Of a stretch of 64,000 bases of DNA, positions 52,914-63,207 are shown in pieces. Location: positions 36,157 to 100,156 of the forward strand of contig JAZSAT010000038.1 of assembly GCA_045602025.1 (NCBI GenBank), written 5' to 3'. How positions within the stretch are numbered: position 1 is the first letter of the stretch; every line of letters begins with the position of its first letter. The stretch comes from Eubacteriales bacterium (GTDB lineage Bacteria; Bacillota; Clostridia; Oscillospirales; SIG627). Both the position numbers and the translations under genes were made by a program. The notes beneath the pieces were generated by a model that made no database searches, had not been told where the DNA came from, and worked only from the letters and a program-made list of their open reading frames with translations.

Positions 52914-55900
52914 TTAGAGTTCAACCTTTCCGCCGATCTCAGCTTCTCCGCCGGGTGTGGAAGGAGCAATGGGATGTATGGTCGGGTTGATGTAATCGTT
53001 TGTCTTCTGAATATAGATCAAAATCTGCTTTGCCAATGCATTGTCAGGCTCCTTGTTGATGATCATCTGTGCAACCCAATCCACCTGATCGGAAAGCGTA
53101 AGGCATCTCTTACCGTTTTCATCCAGAATCTGAATATCGAACCGGTTCTGCATTTTGGATACGCTGAAGAAAACATCCACCGTAAATTCATATCCGTCGG
53201 TACCTAAAACTGCCTCGGAAATATCGCACATTGCCGTTACATCTTTTCCGTCAAAAATCACCTTCATGCCGTCCACAGCTTCCGCACTCTGCGCTCTTGA
53301 GTAAAGACGGAGACCGATGGCATCGCTCATCAGAAGGTTTTTACCGGTAAAGCTGAGAAGTGCACCGTCCTCGCCGATCTGACCGGAGGAAGCGGAAACA
53401 ATATCACGGTAAGCCAGATTGTGCTGTACCGATGCAGGATCCTTTGCGCATCTGCCAAGATCCGCAATGGCATAGAACATTTGCTTTTCTCTGTATTTTT
53501 CGCAGTTTGCCGCACCAAGCTCCGCAAGCTCTACAACCGTATTGTGGTTTTCTGCACTTTCGTCATAGATCGCTTCGCTTTCAATGGAAAACTCGGTCAT
53601 AAAGTCGGAAAGTCCGATGCCGCCGAAGGAAAGGACAAGATATTCCCCTTCCTCAGTCAGGTCTTTGTATTCACCGGAGGCCAGCTCTTTTTCGCCCATG
53701 ACCACGGTGTAAGAGAAGCTTTCGGAAACATCTGATTTGTTAAAGTAGAATTTGATTCCTACTCTGGTATCCAAAACAAGTCTTGCCGCTACGGGAGTAG
53801 CCAGCTTTTCGGAAGGAGCAACGCCCACTACCGTATGACCGGAAACAGATGCCGTACCGGGTGCATCATCGATAACAGAAAGAGTGATCTTTTCGGTAGA
53901 ATCGGTAAAATAAGTCTGATCCTGCCAGTATTCTACCTGCTCCACCGCAACGTTTCCTGCCGTGCCGCCGCTTACGGTAACAGATGCGTTTTTACCCACC
54001 TGAATCACACCGCTTCCGGTAAGATTTTCAAGGGTAAAGGTGCCGTAGAATCTGATGGGAGCCTGTCCCAGCCGGAATTCTAAGGTCGCGGTGGTAACTG
54101 CACCGGTATTGCCTCCTTTTGTGATACTGTTGCGGAAAGCACCGCCGGAGATGGTGGTGTTCACTGCGGATGCACTGCCTGCATTACCGCCGCCGTAGAA
54201 ATTGGTGAAATCGCCGCCCTGAATCAGGTTTGTAACGGTACCTGAAACGGCAGAGCTTGCGGTATTACCGCCGCCGTAGAAATCACCGATCACACCGCCG
54301 GTCACCGTGTTTGTAACGCTTGCAACCTCTGCTGCTCGGCTACCGCCGTAGAAGGCTTCAACCTTACCGCCGGAAATAAAGTTTCGGACGAGTGTAGCAC
54401 CGTAGTTATTTCCCGCGGCGTAAATGTTGATCAGGTCCGCACCGTCCTCAATATAGTTGGTAACATTTTCTACGGTCGCATTGTTACCGCCGCCTACAAC
54501 CATACCGCCGGTAATTTTACCTTTGAAGTAATTGGTGATAGAGGTAACATTCGATGCAGAGGAAGCACAGTAAGTATATTTAAACTCATTCTCTCCGGCA
54601 AAGGTATTCTTTACCGTATCTACCGCTTTGTTTTCACAAGATCCGATAAATCTGGTATTGGAAGCCGTTACATTCGAGATCTCGTTTTCAATACGGAAAT
54701 CATATGCATCGCCTTCCGCAAAGGAGGCATAAGAGCTACCGCAGTAGAGATAAGTTGCGCTAAAGGAGGTACCGTCAATGGTGTTTTTGATCTGTCCGCC
54801 GATGGTATCCGTTCTGGTAGAGGAGGATGCAGTGCCGCCGTAATAAGTACCGATCACACTGCCGCCGGTTATGGTGTTGGTAACAGAGCCTGCAATGGAA
54901 GACAGGCGGTTTCCGCCGTAAAAATTCTTTTCAAAGGTAGAATTTTTGATGGTATTGGTAATGCTTCCGCGCACATAGCCGGATTTGTTTCCACCGTAAA
55001 CATTTCCTGCAAAACTGCAGTTTTCAATGGTATTTACTACATTGGTACAAGCATCGCCGTTGGTTCCGAGATAAAAATCCGCAGTCCCGCCAAAGCTTGT
55101 ATTTCTCAGTGTATTGGTCACGGTCACGGGCTGGTTGTTCATCGAACCGATGAAAATGCCGCCGATGGTACAATCTTCAATGGTATTATATACGTTTGCC
55201 TGATTGCTGCCGCCAAGCTTTACCTCGCCCACAATATTGGCGCCTTTGATATAGGTGGTGGAATCACCCGTGTATCTGCCCACCGTATTGTTACCCATAT
55301 TACCGCTGACGTTGCCTAAAATATTGATGTTTTCTTTGCCTGTTTTCTCAATATGAAGATTTACGTTTCCTACCACAGTGGAATCCCAGGTGGTATTCAC
55401 CGATCCTGCCACCGTGCCGCCGTTTACGATGATACCAAGATCACCGTAGAAATACTCTTCCTTGCCGTCAAGACCGTTGTCTGTGGACTGCACGGTATAG
55501 TTGTCACAGCCGATTCTCTGTACGCCGCCTTTTTTCAAATGAACGGTAGCGGCACAGGGAGAAGAACCGACCTTTGCCGCAACGTTATATACCTTGGCAT
55601 TTTCACCGTCAATATAGAAGGTGACCTCAGTATCTACGGGACGAATGTCGGGAATATCCTCCAAGCCGCTTTCCATAAATTTGACTTCTTTTGCGGAAGC
55701 AGCATCCAATTTAGAATAGGCCTCGTCGGGGTGATAGCCGGAAGCCGCCACCAAAATGGCTGCTCTGGACTCGGCGGTGGAAGTATCTTCATACACCACG
55801 TTATTACCGAAGGTGATGCTCGTTTTTACTTTTTCACCGGCCTTCAATTCAGGCCAACCTGCAAATACCGCATCGGTACAGGTATCTGCATAAATATATC

Positions 55901-57341
55901 CGTTCAATTCTCCGGTGCTGGTGCCGAATGCGCCGATGGGCGCTACGGGCGGCTGATACCAGAAAAGACCCGCGCCTTCCGGCAAATTCTCTCTCAGGAA
56001 GGCATAGGTTCCTTCCGCACCTGCCATATCCGGCATGATCTTATTGATGTTTGCAGGGTAATCGGATTCTTTCAAGCCATAATCGTCAAACTGGGAAGCG
56101 CCGGTATAAACAAAGCACGCGTCCCAGGTCTTCAAAGGCATAATGTTTTGAAGGGACTGTTTTGCGGTGGTAGTCAGTTTTGCGCCGCTTCCGGTATCTT
56201 TCCATACGCGCAGCTGATATTCTTCTGCGGCGGTATTTATTTTCTCCCACTGCGGATTGATTTTAAGGCTTGAGATATATGGGTTGTAAACGTTCATATC
56301 AAGCCCTGCGTGGTAGCCGAGGGAAGCAAGTTCATCTGCAAAATAGTAACAAGTAGAAGAACCGGGGAACAAAATGTTAAATTCCCCATCGTTTCCAATG
56401 TCGGTAAAGGACGCATTAAAATAGTCCTCACCGTAATAATTTACGACAGCGCGGTGTGCAAGTTCGCGAAGCGCCTTGAAGGACATATTGGGATTTACAA
56501 GTCCATAGCTGGGTTCCCAATCAATATTAAGGCAACTCATGTGCGTCACCACTTCAAAAACGATACAAGCGTTCAGGTACTGACCGCCGCCTACATCACC
56601 GTCATGGGTCCAGTCACCGTACAGCGTACCCTTGGAAGCCATCGCGCGAAGAACGTGACCGTATTCTGTGCTGTGGAAGGGTGATGAAGGGTCATTTACA
56701 ACTTCAGCCCAAGCATCTCCCGCGGGAATCATACCCACGTTGTAAAGGCTGCAAATTCGATCCGAAACCTCTTTAGAAAGGCGAATGAGTTGCTTTTGAG
56801 AAGAAGCATCCGGTACCATAATACGAGAAGAAGTGGTTGCCAGATGACATTCCTCAAATTTTACGTTGCCCGAACCTGCATAAAAAGTGACGCCCCAAGT
56901 GCCGATGGGCATGGTAAGGTTTACGAAGGTGTAGTCGTTGGCACAAGCATACCAGCCGCCTGCGTGGTCAAGGTCGATCAGTGCATCGCGGCTTTTTTTG
57001 GTATCAATACCACGGATGGTAATAGGAAGTTTCGTTCCGTCTTCTCTCCAAATGGTCTTTTGTGCAAAAAGAAGACCGTCCTGCGCCCCTGCGCCCGACT
57101 GTGTTCCGGAAAAGCGGATTTCCAGAGCATCGTCCTTTTTCCACTGACCGCTTTCTTTGGCAGCGTTTGCAAGGGCGGTGGTAATATCGATAAAATGCTC
57201 TTTTCCTTCTTCGGTGTAATCACAAGCAGTATAAATCACCGTAGCCTCCTTTGCTCCCGCTCCTAAAATAAGGACTCCCAAAACACAAGAAGCCAAAAGG
57301 AGAACGGAAAGCAGCAAAGATAATACTTTTATTTTTTTCAT
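52914..57341 (-). CDS. Giant secreted glycine-rich solenoid protein with nested SGNH/DUF4886-like module, paralog 2 (1475 aa)
   Basis: The signal peptide has a lipobox-like LLASC. The SD is ggagg. The architecture matches paralog 1 and the C-terminal GGKVEL is identical. Confidence 0.8.
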   Translation of the reverse strand: MKKIKVLSLLLSVLLLASCVLGVLILGAGAKEATVIYTACDYTEEGKEHFIDITTALANAAKESGQWKKDDALEIRFSGTQSGAGAQDGLLFAQKTIWREDGTKLPITIRGIDTKKSRDALIDLDHAGGWYACANDYTFVNLTMPIGTWGVTFYAGSGNVKFEECHLATTSSRIMVPDASSQKQLIRLSKEVSDRICSLYNVGMIPAGDAWAEVVNDPSSPFHSTEYGHVLRAMASKGTLYGDWTHDGDVGGGQYLNACIVFEVVTHMSCLNIDWEPSYGLVNPNMSFKALRELAHRAVVNYYGEDYFNASFTDIGNDGEFNILFPGSSTCYYFADELASLGYHAGLDMNVYNPYISSLKINPQWEKINTAAEEYQLRVWKDTGSGAKLTTTAKQSLQNIMPLKTWDACFVYTGASQFDDYGLKESDYPANINKIMPDMAGAEGTYAFLRENLPEGAGLFWYQPPVAPIGAFGTSTGELNGYIYADTCTDAVFAGWPELKAGEKVKTSITFGNNVVYEDTSTAESRAAILVAASGYHPDEAYSKLDAASAKEVKFMESGLEDIPDIRPVDTEVTFYIDGENAKVYNVAAKVGSSPCAATVHLKKGGVQRIGCDNYTVQSTDNGLDGKEEYFYGDLGIIVNGGTVAGSVNTTWDSTVVGNVNLHIEKTGKENINILGNVSGNMGNNTVGRYTGDSTTYIKGANIVGEVKLGGSNQANVYNTIEDCTIGGIFIGSMNNQPVTVTNTLRNTSFGGTADFYLGTNGDACTNVVNTIENCSFAGNVYGGNKSGYVRGSITNTIKNSTFEKNFYGGNRLSSIAGSVTNTITGGSVIGTYYGGTASSSTRTDTIGGQIKNTIDGTSFSATYLYCGSSYASFAEGDAYDFRIENEISNVTASNTRFIGSCENKAVDTVKNTFAGENEFKYTYCASSASNVTSITNYFKGKITGGMVVGGGNNATVENVTNYIEDGADLINIYAAGNNYGATLVRNFISGGKVEAFYGGSRAAEVASVTNTVTGGVIGDFYGGGNTASSAVSGTVTNLIQGGDFTNFYGGGNAGSASAVNTTISGGAFRNSITKGGNTGAVTTATLEFRLGQAPIRFYGTFTLENLTGSGVIQVGKNASVTVSGGTAGNVAVEQVEYWQDQTYFTDSTEKITLSVIDDAPGTASVSGHTVVGVAPSEKLATPVAARLVLDTRVGIKFYFNKSDVSESFSYTVVMGEKELASGEYKDLTEEGEYLVLSFGGIGLSDFMTEFSIESEAIYDESAENHNTVVELAELGAANCEKYREKQMFYAIADLGRCAKDPASVQHNLAYRDIVSASSGQIGEDGALLSFTGKNLLMSDAIGLRLYSRAQSAEAVDGMKVIFDGKDVTAMCDISEAVLGTDGYEFTVDVFFSVSKMQNRFDIQILDENGKRCLTLSDQVDWVAQMIINKEPDNALAKQILIYIQKTNDYINPTIHPIAPSTPGGEAEIGGKVEL

Positions 57342-57463
57342 GGTTTTCCTCCACGCTTTATATAAGATCCTACTTTTAATTTAACATAAAACACATCGCT
57401 TGTCCATAACAAAACGGCTTTTTTTCACAAATTCACCATCTGTTTTTTCTATATGGATTGCAC

Positions 57464-57495
57464 AAAAAAAGAGAAGCATTCGCTTCTCTTTTTTT
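57464..57495 (-). terminator. Terminator of the AEC transporter gene
   Basis: The hairpin gagaagc/attc/gcttctc is flanked by A7 and T8. Confidence 0.7.
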
Positions 57496-57497
57496 CT

Positions 57498-58433
57498 TTA
57501 AAGAAACATAAACAAGATCGGAATGGTAATGCAGGATAACAGATGAGAGATCAATACCATTCCCGCCGCGAGAGAGGTATCCTTGCCGTAAGCCGCAGGG
57601 ATAACGATGGAACTAAGACTCATAGGCATAGCAAAAGAGCAAAGGGAGCAAAGGAAGCCCACCCCGCTGTCAAAACGAAAGATCTTTGCCAAAATAAGAA
57701 ACGCCGCAGGGAAAACGACCAGTCGCAGAAAACAGGCGGCATAAATGCTCTTTTCCGAAAAGACTTTCTTCAGATCCACAAAAGCCAAGGTAATACCCGT
57801 TAAAAGCATCGCAAAGGGCGCCATACATTTTTCCGCATCGCCGATCACATTCATTGTCCACTGAGGAATGTATTTTGAAACGGAGAAAAGACCCAACACC
57901 ATCCCCAAAAGCATACAGATGAAAATGGGATTTAAAAAGCTCTTCAGTCTTTGAGAAAAGGTCTTTTTTCCTTCATCTGCAATAAGAAGCTCGGGCATCC
58001 CCCATACATATACACCCGCCCAAAGGACCAGGGTAAAGATCACATATTCAAAATAGATCTCGGGAAAAAGCACCTTGACCACCGCATAGCCCATAAAGGC
58101 AAAATTAGAAAAGGAAAGGCCAAAGGCGTGAACCTTTTGCATATACCCGTCTTTGGAAAGAATTTTTCCGAAGAAAAGAGCAAAGGGAATGGAAAGGAGC
58201 ATCACCGCAAAGCTGTAAAGAATGGTTTTCCACATGGTGGAAAGGGTCTGGGGAGTAAATCTTTGCAAAAAGGTGTTCAGTACCATGGCAGGGATCAAAA
58301 GATTGTTTTCAAGCTTGGATAAAAGCTTTGCACTGTCCTCTCCCACCACCTTGCATTTTGCCAAAATAAAGCCAAGGAGAATGAAGGTAAAAAGATAGGC
58401 CATTTGGCTCATAGTTGATAAAAATAGTTCCAT
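57498..58433 (-). CDS. AEC (auxin efflux carrier) family transporter (311 aa)
   Basis: It has about 10 TM helices in the two-repeat layout typical of the membrane transport protein family. Confidence 0.75.
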   Translation of the reverse strand: MELFLSTMSQMAYLFTFILLGFILAKCKVVGEDSAKLLSKLENNLLIPAMVLNTFLQRFTPQTLSTMWKTILYSFAVMLLSIPFALFFGKILSKDGYMQKVHAFGLSFSNFAFMGYAVVKVLFPEIYFEYVIFTLVLWAGVYVWGMPELLIADEGKKTFSQRLKSFLNPIFICMLLGMVLGLFSVSKYIPQWTMNVIGDAEKCMAPFAMLLTGITLAFVDLKKVFSEKSIYAACFLRLVVFPAAFLILAKIFRFDSGVGFLCSLCSFAMPMSLSSIVIPAAYGKDTSLAAGMVLISHLLSCITIPILFMFL

Positions 58434-58444
58434 AATATCCTCTT

Positions 58445-59470
58445 TTATTCTAAAGTATCTGCAATTTTCAAGATCAGATCATGGGATTTTTCCCAACCGA
58501 GGCAGGGGTCGGTAATGGATTTACCGAATACATTTTCCCCGATCTTCTGGCAGCCGTCTTCCAGATAGCTTTCGATCATCAGTCCCTTGACCATGGTGCG
58601 GATGTCCTTGTTGTGATTGCAGCTGTAAACCACATCTTTTGCAATACGGATCTGCTCTAAGTACTTCTTTCCGGAATTTGCGTGATTGGTATCAATGATC
58701 ACGGCGGGGTTTTTCAGGTGAGACTCACTATAAAGGCTCGCAAGCTCCACCAGGTTTTCATAATGATAATTGGAAACATTCTTCCCCATAAAGTCCACAT
58801 ATCCCCGAAGGATGGCGTGGGCATAAGGGTTGCCGTCACTGTGTACCTCCCAGCCACGGTAAAGGAAGGTGTGAGCGCACTGGGCCGCGTGAATGGAATT
58901 CATCATTACATGCATATCGCCGCCTGTTGGGTTTTTCATTCCCACAGGCACATCCATACCGCTGGAGGTCAGTCTGTGCTGCTGATTCTCTACACTTCTT
59001 GCACCGATGGCAATATATGCCAGAAGGTCGGACAAATACCGATGGTTCTCAGGGTAGAGCATTTCGTCCGCACAGGTAAAGCCGTAATCGGAAAGCGCTT
59101 TTCTGTGAAGCTCGCGAATGGCAATAATTCCCTTTAACATATCGGGACGGGCATTGGGATCGGGCTGATGCAGCATTCCCTTGTACCCCTCTCCCGTGGT
59201 ACGGGGCTTGTTGGTATAAATGCGGGGAATGATCAAAAGCTTTTCGCGCGTTTCCTCCTGAGCACGGCAAAGCTTTTCCAGATAAGTAAGCACCGCCTCG
59301 GAATTGTCCGCAGAGCAAGGCCCGATGATCAGAACAAACTTGTCACTCTCGCCACGGAAAATGCTCTTTAATTCCTCAAGCTTTTCCTCACGAACCTTTT
59401 CCCATTCGGGCTTTACGGGAAATTCCGCCTTGATCTCTTTTGGAATGGGTAATTTGCGAACAAAATTCAT
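58445..59470 (-). CDS. 3-deoxy-7-phosphoheptulonate (DAHP) synthase, class I (341 aa)
   Basis: It contains LIIGPCSADN and RIYTNKPRTTGEGYKGMLHQPD. Confidence 0.85.
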   Translation of the reverse strand: MNFVRKLPIPKEIKAEFPVKPEWEKVREEKLEELKSIFRGESDKFVLIIGPCSADNSEAVLTYLEKLCRAQEETREKLLIIPRIYTNKPRTTGEGYKGMLHQPDPNARPDMLKGIIAIRELHRKALSDYGFTCADEMLYPENHRYLSDLLAYIAIGARSVENQQHRLTSSGMDVPVGMKNPTGGDMHVMMNSIHAAQCAHTFLYRGWEVHSDGNPYAHAILRGYVDFMGKNVSNYHYENLVELASLYSESHLKNPAVIIDTNHANSGKKYLEQIRIAKDVVYSCNHNKDIRTMVKGLMIESYLEDGCQKIGENVFGKSITDPCLGWEKSHDLILKIADTLE

Positions 59471-60342
59471 TTTTCTTCTCCTTTTTTATCGAACAAGGCA
59501 CGGCGAGCAGTGGAAAGACGCATCAGGGCCTTCATCTTCTCAGTGTCTTCCTCTTTGATGGCGTTTTTTAGTGTCTGAAAAGCCCCCTCAAACCGATCCA
59601 TCTGGGAAAGGAGGGCATCTTTATTCAAAAGAAACAGCTCCGTCCACATATCCTCCTGGATCCGTGCGATACGGGTCAGATCACGGAAGGAGTCACCGGT
59701 ATAATCCACAAGACCTCTGTCCTCCCCTGCACACATAAGGGAAACGGCAATACAGTGGGTCAGCTGAGACAGAAAGGCGATCATTTCATCGTGCTTTTCG
59801 GGGCTGAGAACGGAAACGGTGGCAAAGCCAAGCTCTCTTCCAAGCTCCTTGCAAAGCTCTACCCCTTCGTGGGTATTTTTATCCGTTGGGACCACAATAA
59901 AATTTGCACCGCTGAAAATGGCATCGTCACTGTTTCTGACGCCTCCCACTTCTCTACCTGCCATGGGATGGGCGGCAATAAATTCCACACCTCGGGGAAG
60001 ATGCGCCTGTACCTTCTCCACAACGGCACTTTTGACACCGGTTACATCGGTCAGATACGCCCCTGCAGGGAATTTCTCACCGTTTTCTTTGATCCAATCC
60101 AAAAAAACATGAGGGTAAAGTGCAAATACGGTAATGACCGCTTCTTTGATAAAATTCTCCTCTACCACCGTAGAACCGTAGTCAATAATGTTCTGTGATA
60201 GAGCGTAATCGATAGCATCCTCATTTTTATCAATAGCGTAGACCGTATAACCCTTTTTCTTCAGGGCCTTTGCATAAGAACCGCCCAAAAGGCCAAGACC
60301 TACGATCAAAATTTTCGTATCTGCATTTTTATTCAGTTTCAT
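59467..60342 (-). CDS. tyrA: Prephenate dehydrogenase (291 aa)
   Basis: It contains ILIVGLGLLGGSYA and AAHPMAGRE. Confidence 0.85.
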   Translation of the reverse strand: MKLNKNADTKILIVGLGLLGGSYAKALKKKGYTVYAIDKNEDAIDYALSQNIIDYGSTVVEENFIKEAVITVFALYPHVFLDWIKENGEKFPAGAYLTDVTGVKSAVVEKVQAHLPRGVEFIAAHPMAGREVGGVRNSDDAIFSGANFIVVPTDKNTHEGVELCKELGRELGFATVSVLSPEKHDEMIAFLSQLTHCIAVSLMCAGEDRGLVDYTGDSFRDLTRIARIQEDMWTELFLLNKDALLSQMDRFEGAFQTLKNAIKEEDTEKMKALMRLSTARRALFDKKGEEK

Positions 60343-61541
60343 TTTACTTTCACTTCGATTCCTAATTTTTTTATCTCTTCAAAAAAGTCAGGGTAGCTTT
60401 TGGATACTGCCTCCACACCTTCGATCTCGCCGCCGAGGCGGCTGAGAAGAACACTCATAGCCATTACGATACGGTGGTCGTTGTGTCCCGAAATGACCTC
60501 CTCGGGAGAAAAAAGCTCCTGTTTGAAAACGGTAATCTTATTTTCTTCGATCCGAATATCTCCGCCGCATTTTTCAATTTCTTTTTTCATCGCTTCGCCG
60601 CGATCGCTTTCTTTGATGCGAAGCCTTGCGGTTCCCGTAAAACGGGCACCGTGAAAATAGGCAGCAAGGGCGAAAAGGATAGGAGCAAGATCGGGGCAGT
60701 CTGTCAGATCAATTTCACAGAACCCCTTCTGCAAAGCATCAAAATGCTTTTTATATACCCGATCCCCCTGAAGAGAATCCGCATTTGTTCCCAAAACCGT
60801 GACCTTCCCGCCAACTGCGGAAAAAGCATCCAGGAAAGCAGCGTTGGAATGGTCCCCCTCCACCGTAAAAGTGCGGGAAAGGTATTTTTGTCCGCCGGGG
60901 ATGAAAAAGCCGTCGTCTCTTCTTTCCGCCTTCACACCGAAAAAGGCCATCGCAGACAGGGTCATATCAATATACGAGGCACTTTCGGTCTTTCCCGTAA
61001 TATGGAGAAAGCTGTCCTTTTCCAAAAGAGAAAGAGCAAATAAAAGGCCCGTAATAAATTGGCTTGAAATATTACCGGGAACCGTATATTCCCCCGGGGT
61101 AAGCTTTCCTGAGACAAAAACTTTTCCGTCTCTTCTCTCAAAAAGAAAGCCCTTCTCCTTTGCCAGATCTTCGTAGACCGAAAGCGGTCTTTCCAAAAGA
61201 CGCTCGGAACCGGAAAGGACATATTCCTTGCCGGAAAGAAGACACAGCGGGATCAGAAAACGGAGTGTACTGCCGCTTTCTCTCGCGCAAAGCTCCTTCC
61301 CGAAGGAAGGCTTTCCGCCAAACCCCTTGACCCGTACCGTGTGGCCCTCACGATAAAATGCGGCACCGAGGGATTCCAAACAATCCATGGTAGCAAGCAT
61401 ATCCTCCGACAGGGCAATGGGGGAAAGAGTGCTTTCTCCCTCTGCAAGGGCCGCGGCGATCAGAGCTCTGTGGGCCATACTTTTGGAAGGAGGCGCAAAT
61501 ACCGTCCCCTCCGCAAAGGAGGGCGAGAAAAATGCTTTCAT
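60339..61541 (-). CDS. aroA: 3-phosphoshikimate 1-carboxyvinyltransferase (EPSP synthase, 400 aa)
   Basis: It contains PPSKSMAHRALIAAALAEG, ESGSTLRFL and LRIKESDR. Confidence 0.9.
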   Translation of the reverse strand: MKAFFSPSFAEGTVFAPPSKSMAHRALIAAALAEGESTLSPIALSEDMLATMDCLESLGAAFYREGHTVRVKGFGGKPSFGKELCARESGSTLRFLIPLCLLSGKEYVLSGSERLLERPLSVYEDLAKEKGFLFERRDGKVFVSGKLTPGEYTVPGNISSQFITGLLFALSLLEKDSFLHITGKTESASYIDMTLSAMAFFGVKAERRDDGFFIPGGQKYLSRTFTVEGDHSNAAFLDAFSAVGGKVTVLGTNADSLQGDRVYKKHFDALQKGFCEIDLTDCPDLAPILFALAAYFHGARFTGTARLRIKESDRGEAMKKEIEKCGGDIRIEENKITVFKQELFSPEEVISGHNDHRIVMAMSVLLSRLGGEIEGVEAVSKSYPDFFEEIKKLGIEVKVK

Positions 61542-61978
61542 GCCTTCTGACCCTTCCTGTCAATGAGAAGGTCCATCGCTTCCAGATATCCTTCAAAGCC
61601 TTTGCCGGTAATGGTCTTGATACAGGCAGAACGGATAAAGCTGACCTGTCTGAATTCTTCCCTTTCGGAAACCTTGGAAATATGCACCTCCACCGTGGGA
61701 AGCGATACGGATTTTACCGCGTCAAGAATGGCAACGCTGGTATGGGTATAAGCGGCAGGATTGATCACAATACCGTCAAATTCTCCGTATGCAGACTGAA
61801 TGGCATCCACAAGATCTCCTTCGTGGTTAGACTGAAAGATCTTCACCTCCACCCCTCTTTTTTCCCCGTGGGCACGGATCAGATCACACAGATCCTTATA
61901 TGTTTTATTTCCGTAATGCTCCGGCTCCCGAATTCCGAGAAAGTTTAGATTCGGGCCGTTGATCACCATCAATTTCAT
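61538..61978 (-). CDS. aroQ: Type II 3-dehydroquinate dehydratase (146 aa)
   Basis: It contains MVINGPNLNFLGIREPEHYG, QSNHEGDLVD and INPAAYTHTSVA. Confidence 0.9.
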   Translation of the reverse strand: MKLMVINGPNLNFLGIREPEHYGNKTYKDLCDLIRAHGEKRGVEVKIFQSNHEGDLVDAIQSAYGEFDGIVINPAAYTHTSVAILDAVKSVSLPTVEVHISKVSEREEFRQVSFIRSACIKTITGKGFEGYLEAMDLLIDRKGQKA

Positions 61979-63207
61979 TGTAACACCTTTAATATTTTTT
62001 CTGTATTTTCCGTAAGATCTCTGGATACCTCCACCGCAAGATCTGCGCAGGAGGTATAAATACCGTAACGCTCCTCATATCTCTTTTTCATATCCTCGGG
62101 ATTTGAGGTAAGAGGTCTGTCTTTTGTGGAGATCAAGGCTTCAAGAGGCGCATCAAGAAACAGAATATCACCGTTTCCCTTCAGATAAGAAACATTTTCC
62201 TCCCGAAGAACAGCACCGCCGCCCGTGGCAATGACCTTCCCCTGAAAAGGCGCGATTTCCCGGATCACTTCACTTTCCAGATCACGGAAATGCTTTTCTC
62301 CCATTTGAGCGAAAATCTCGGGGATCTTTTTCCCTGCCTTTTCTCGGATCAGATCGTCCGTATCTAAAAAGTCCATATGCAAACTGCGGGCGATTTCTTT
62401 TCCGATGGTGCTCTTCCCGCTGCCGGGCATTCCCACAAGAACAATATTTCTCTTTTCCTTTTGAATGCTCTTGTAAATGGGCAGAGTTTTTTCAAGAAGT
62501 CCCTTTTGCCCCGTAAAGATCTCCGCAGCGTATACCGCCTGAGATACCAGCATATAAAGACCGTCAATACACGGGATCCCTCTCTTTTTCGCATCTAAAA
62601 GAAGCTTTGTTCTTCTCGGGTTGTAGATGGCATCCGCTACACCTGAAAGCTGTGGAAAGAAGGAGAGATCGATGGGACTTTCTCCCATATGAGGAAACAT
62701 TCCGCAAGGAGTGGTATTGATGATCACTTCCGTATCGGAGAGAGTGATCGCTTTTTCATAAGTAATGCAGTCATCCTTTCCGGTTCGGCTGACTCTGAAC
62801 ACACTTTTTGCATGTAAGTGCTCACAAAGCTTTTTTGCCGTGCCGGAGGTTCCTCCGGAGCCGAGAATGAGAACCTTTTTTCCTTTTACAAAAATATTTC
62901 CGTATTCCAGCATTGCCTTCATACCGAGAAAATCCGTATTGTATCCGAAAAGCTCTCCCCCGCGCTTTACAACGGTATTCACCGCACCGCAGAGCACCGC
63001 TTCCTCGGAGATCTCCTTCAAATACGGGATCACATCTTTTTTGTAAGGGATGGTCACATTGATGCCGTCAAAATCCCGACGGGTCATAAAATCATCAAGC
63101 TTTTCCTTTTCCACAGGCCAGAGAGCATAATCATAAAGCCCGATCTTTTCGTGAATGATCGCCGAAAAGCTGTGTCCCAATTTTTCACCGATGCAGCCGT
63201 AGTTCAT
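61975..63207 (-). CDS. aroE: Bifunctional shikimate dehydrogenase / shikimate kinase fusion (410 aa)
   Basis: I use the start MNYGCIGEKLGHSFS. The AroE blocks are NVTIPYK and NTDFLG. The C-terminal AroK part has a P-loop (LVGMPGSGKSTIG). The 48-codon upstream extension overlaps aroC. Confidence 0.85.
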   Translation of the reverse strand: MNYGCIGEKLGHSFSAIIHEKIGLYDYALWPVEKEKLDDFMTRRDFDGINVTIPYKKDVIPYLKEISEEAVLCGAVNTVVKRGGELFGYNTDFLGMKAMLEYGNIFVKGKKVLILGSGGTSGTAKKLCEHLHAKSVFRVSRTGKDDCITYEKAITLSDTEVIINTTPCGMFPHMGESPIDLSFFPQLSGVADAIYNPRRTKLLLDAKKRGIPCIDGLYMLVSQAVYAAEIFTGQKGLLEKTLPIYKSIQKEKRNIVLVGMPGSGKSTIGKEIARSLHMDFLDTDDLIREKAGKKIPEIFAQMGEKHFRDLESEVIREIAPFQGKVIATGGGAVLREENVSYLKGNGDILFLDAPLEALISTKDRPLTSNPEDMKKRYEERYGIYTSCADLAVEVSRDLTENTEKILKVLQ

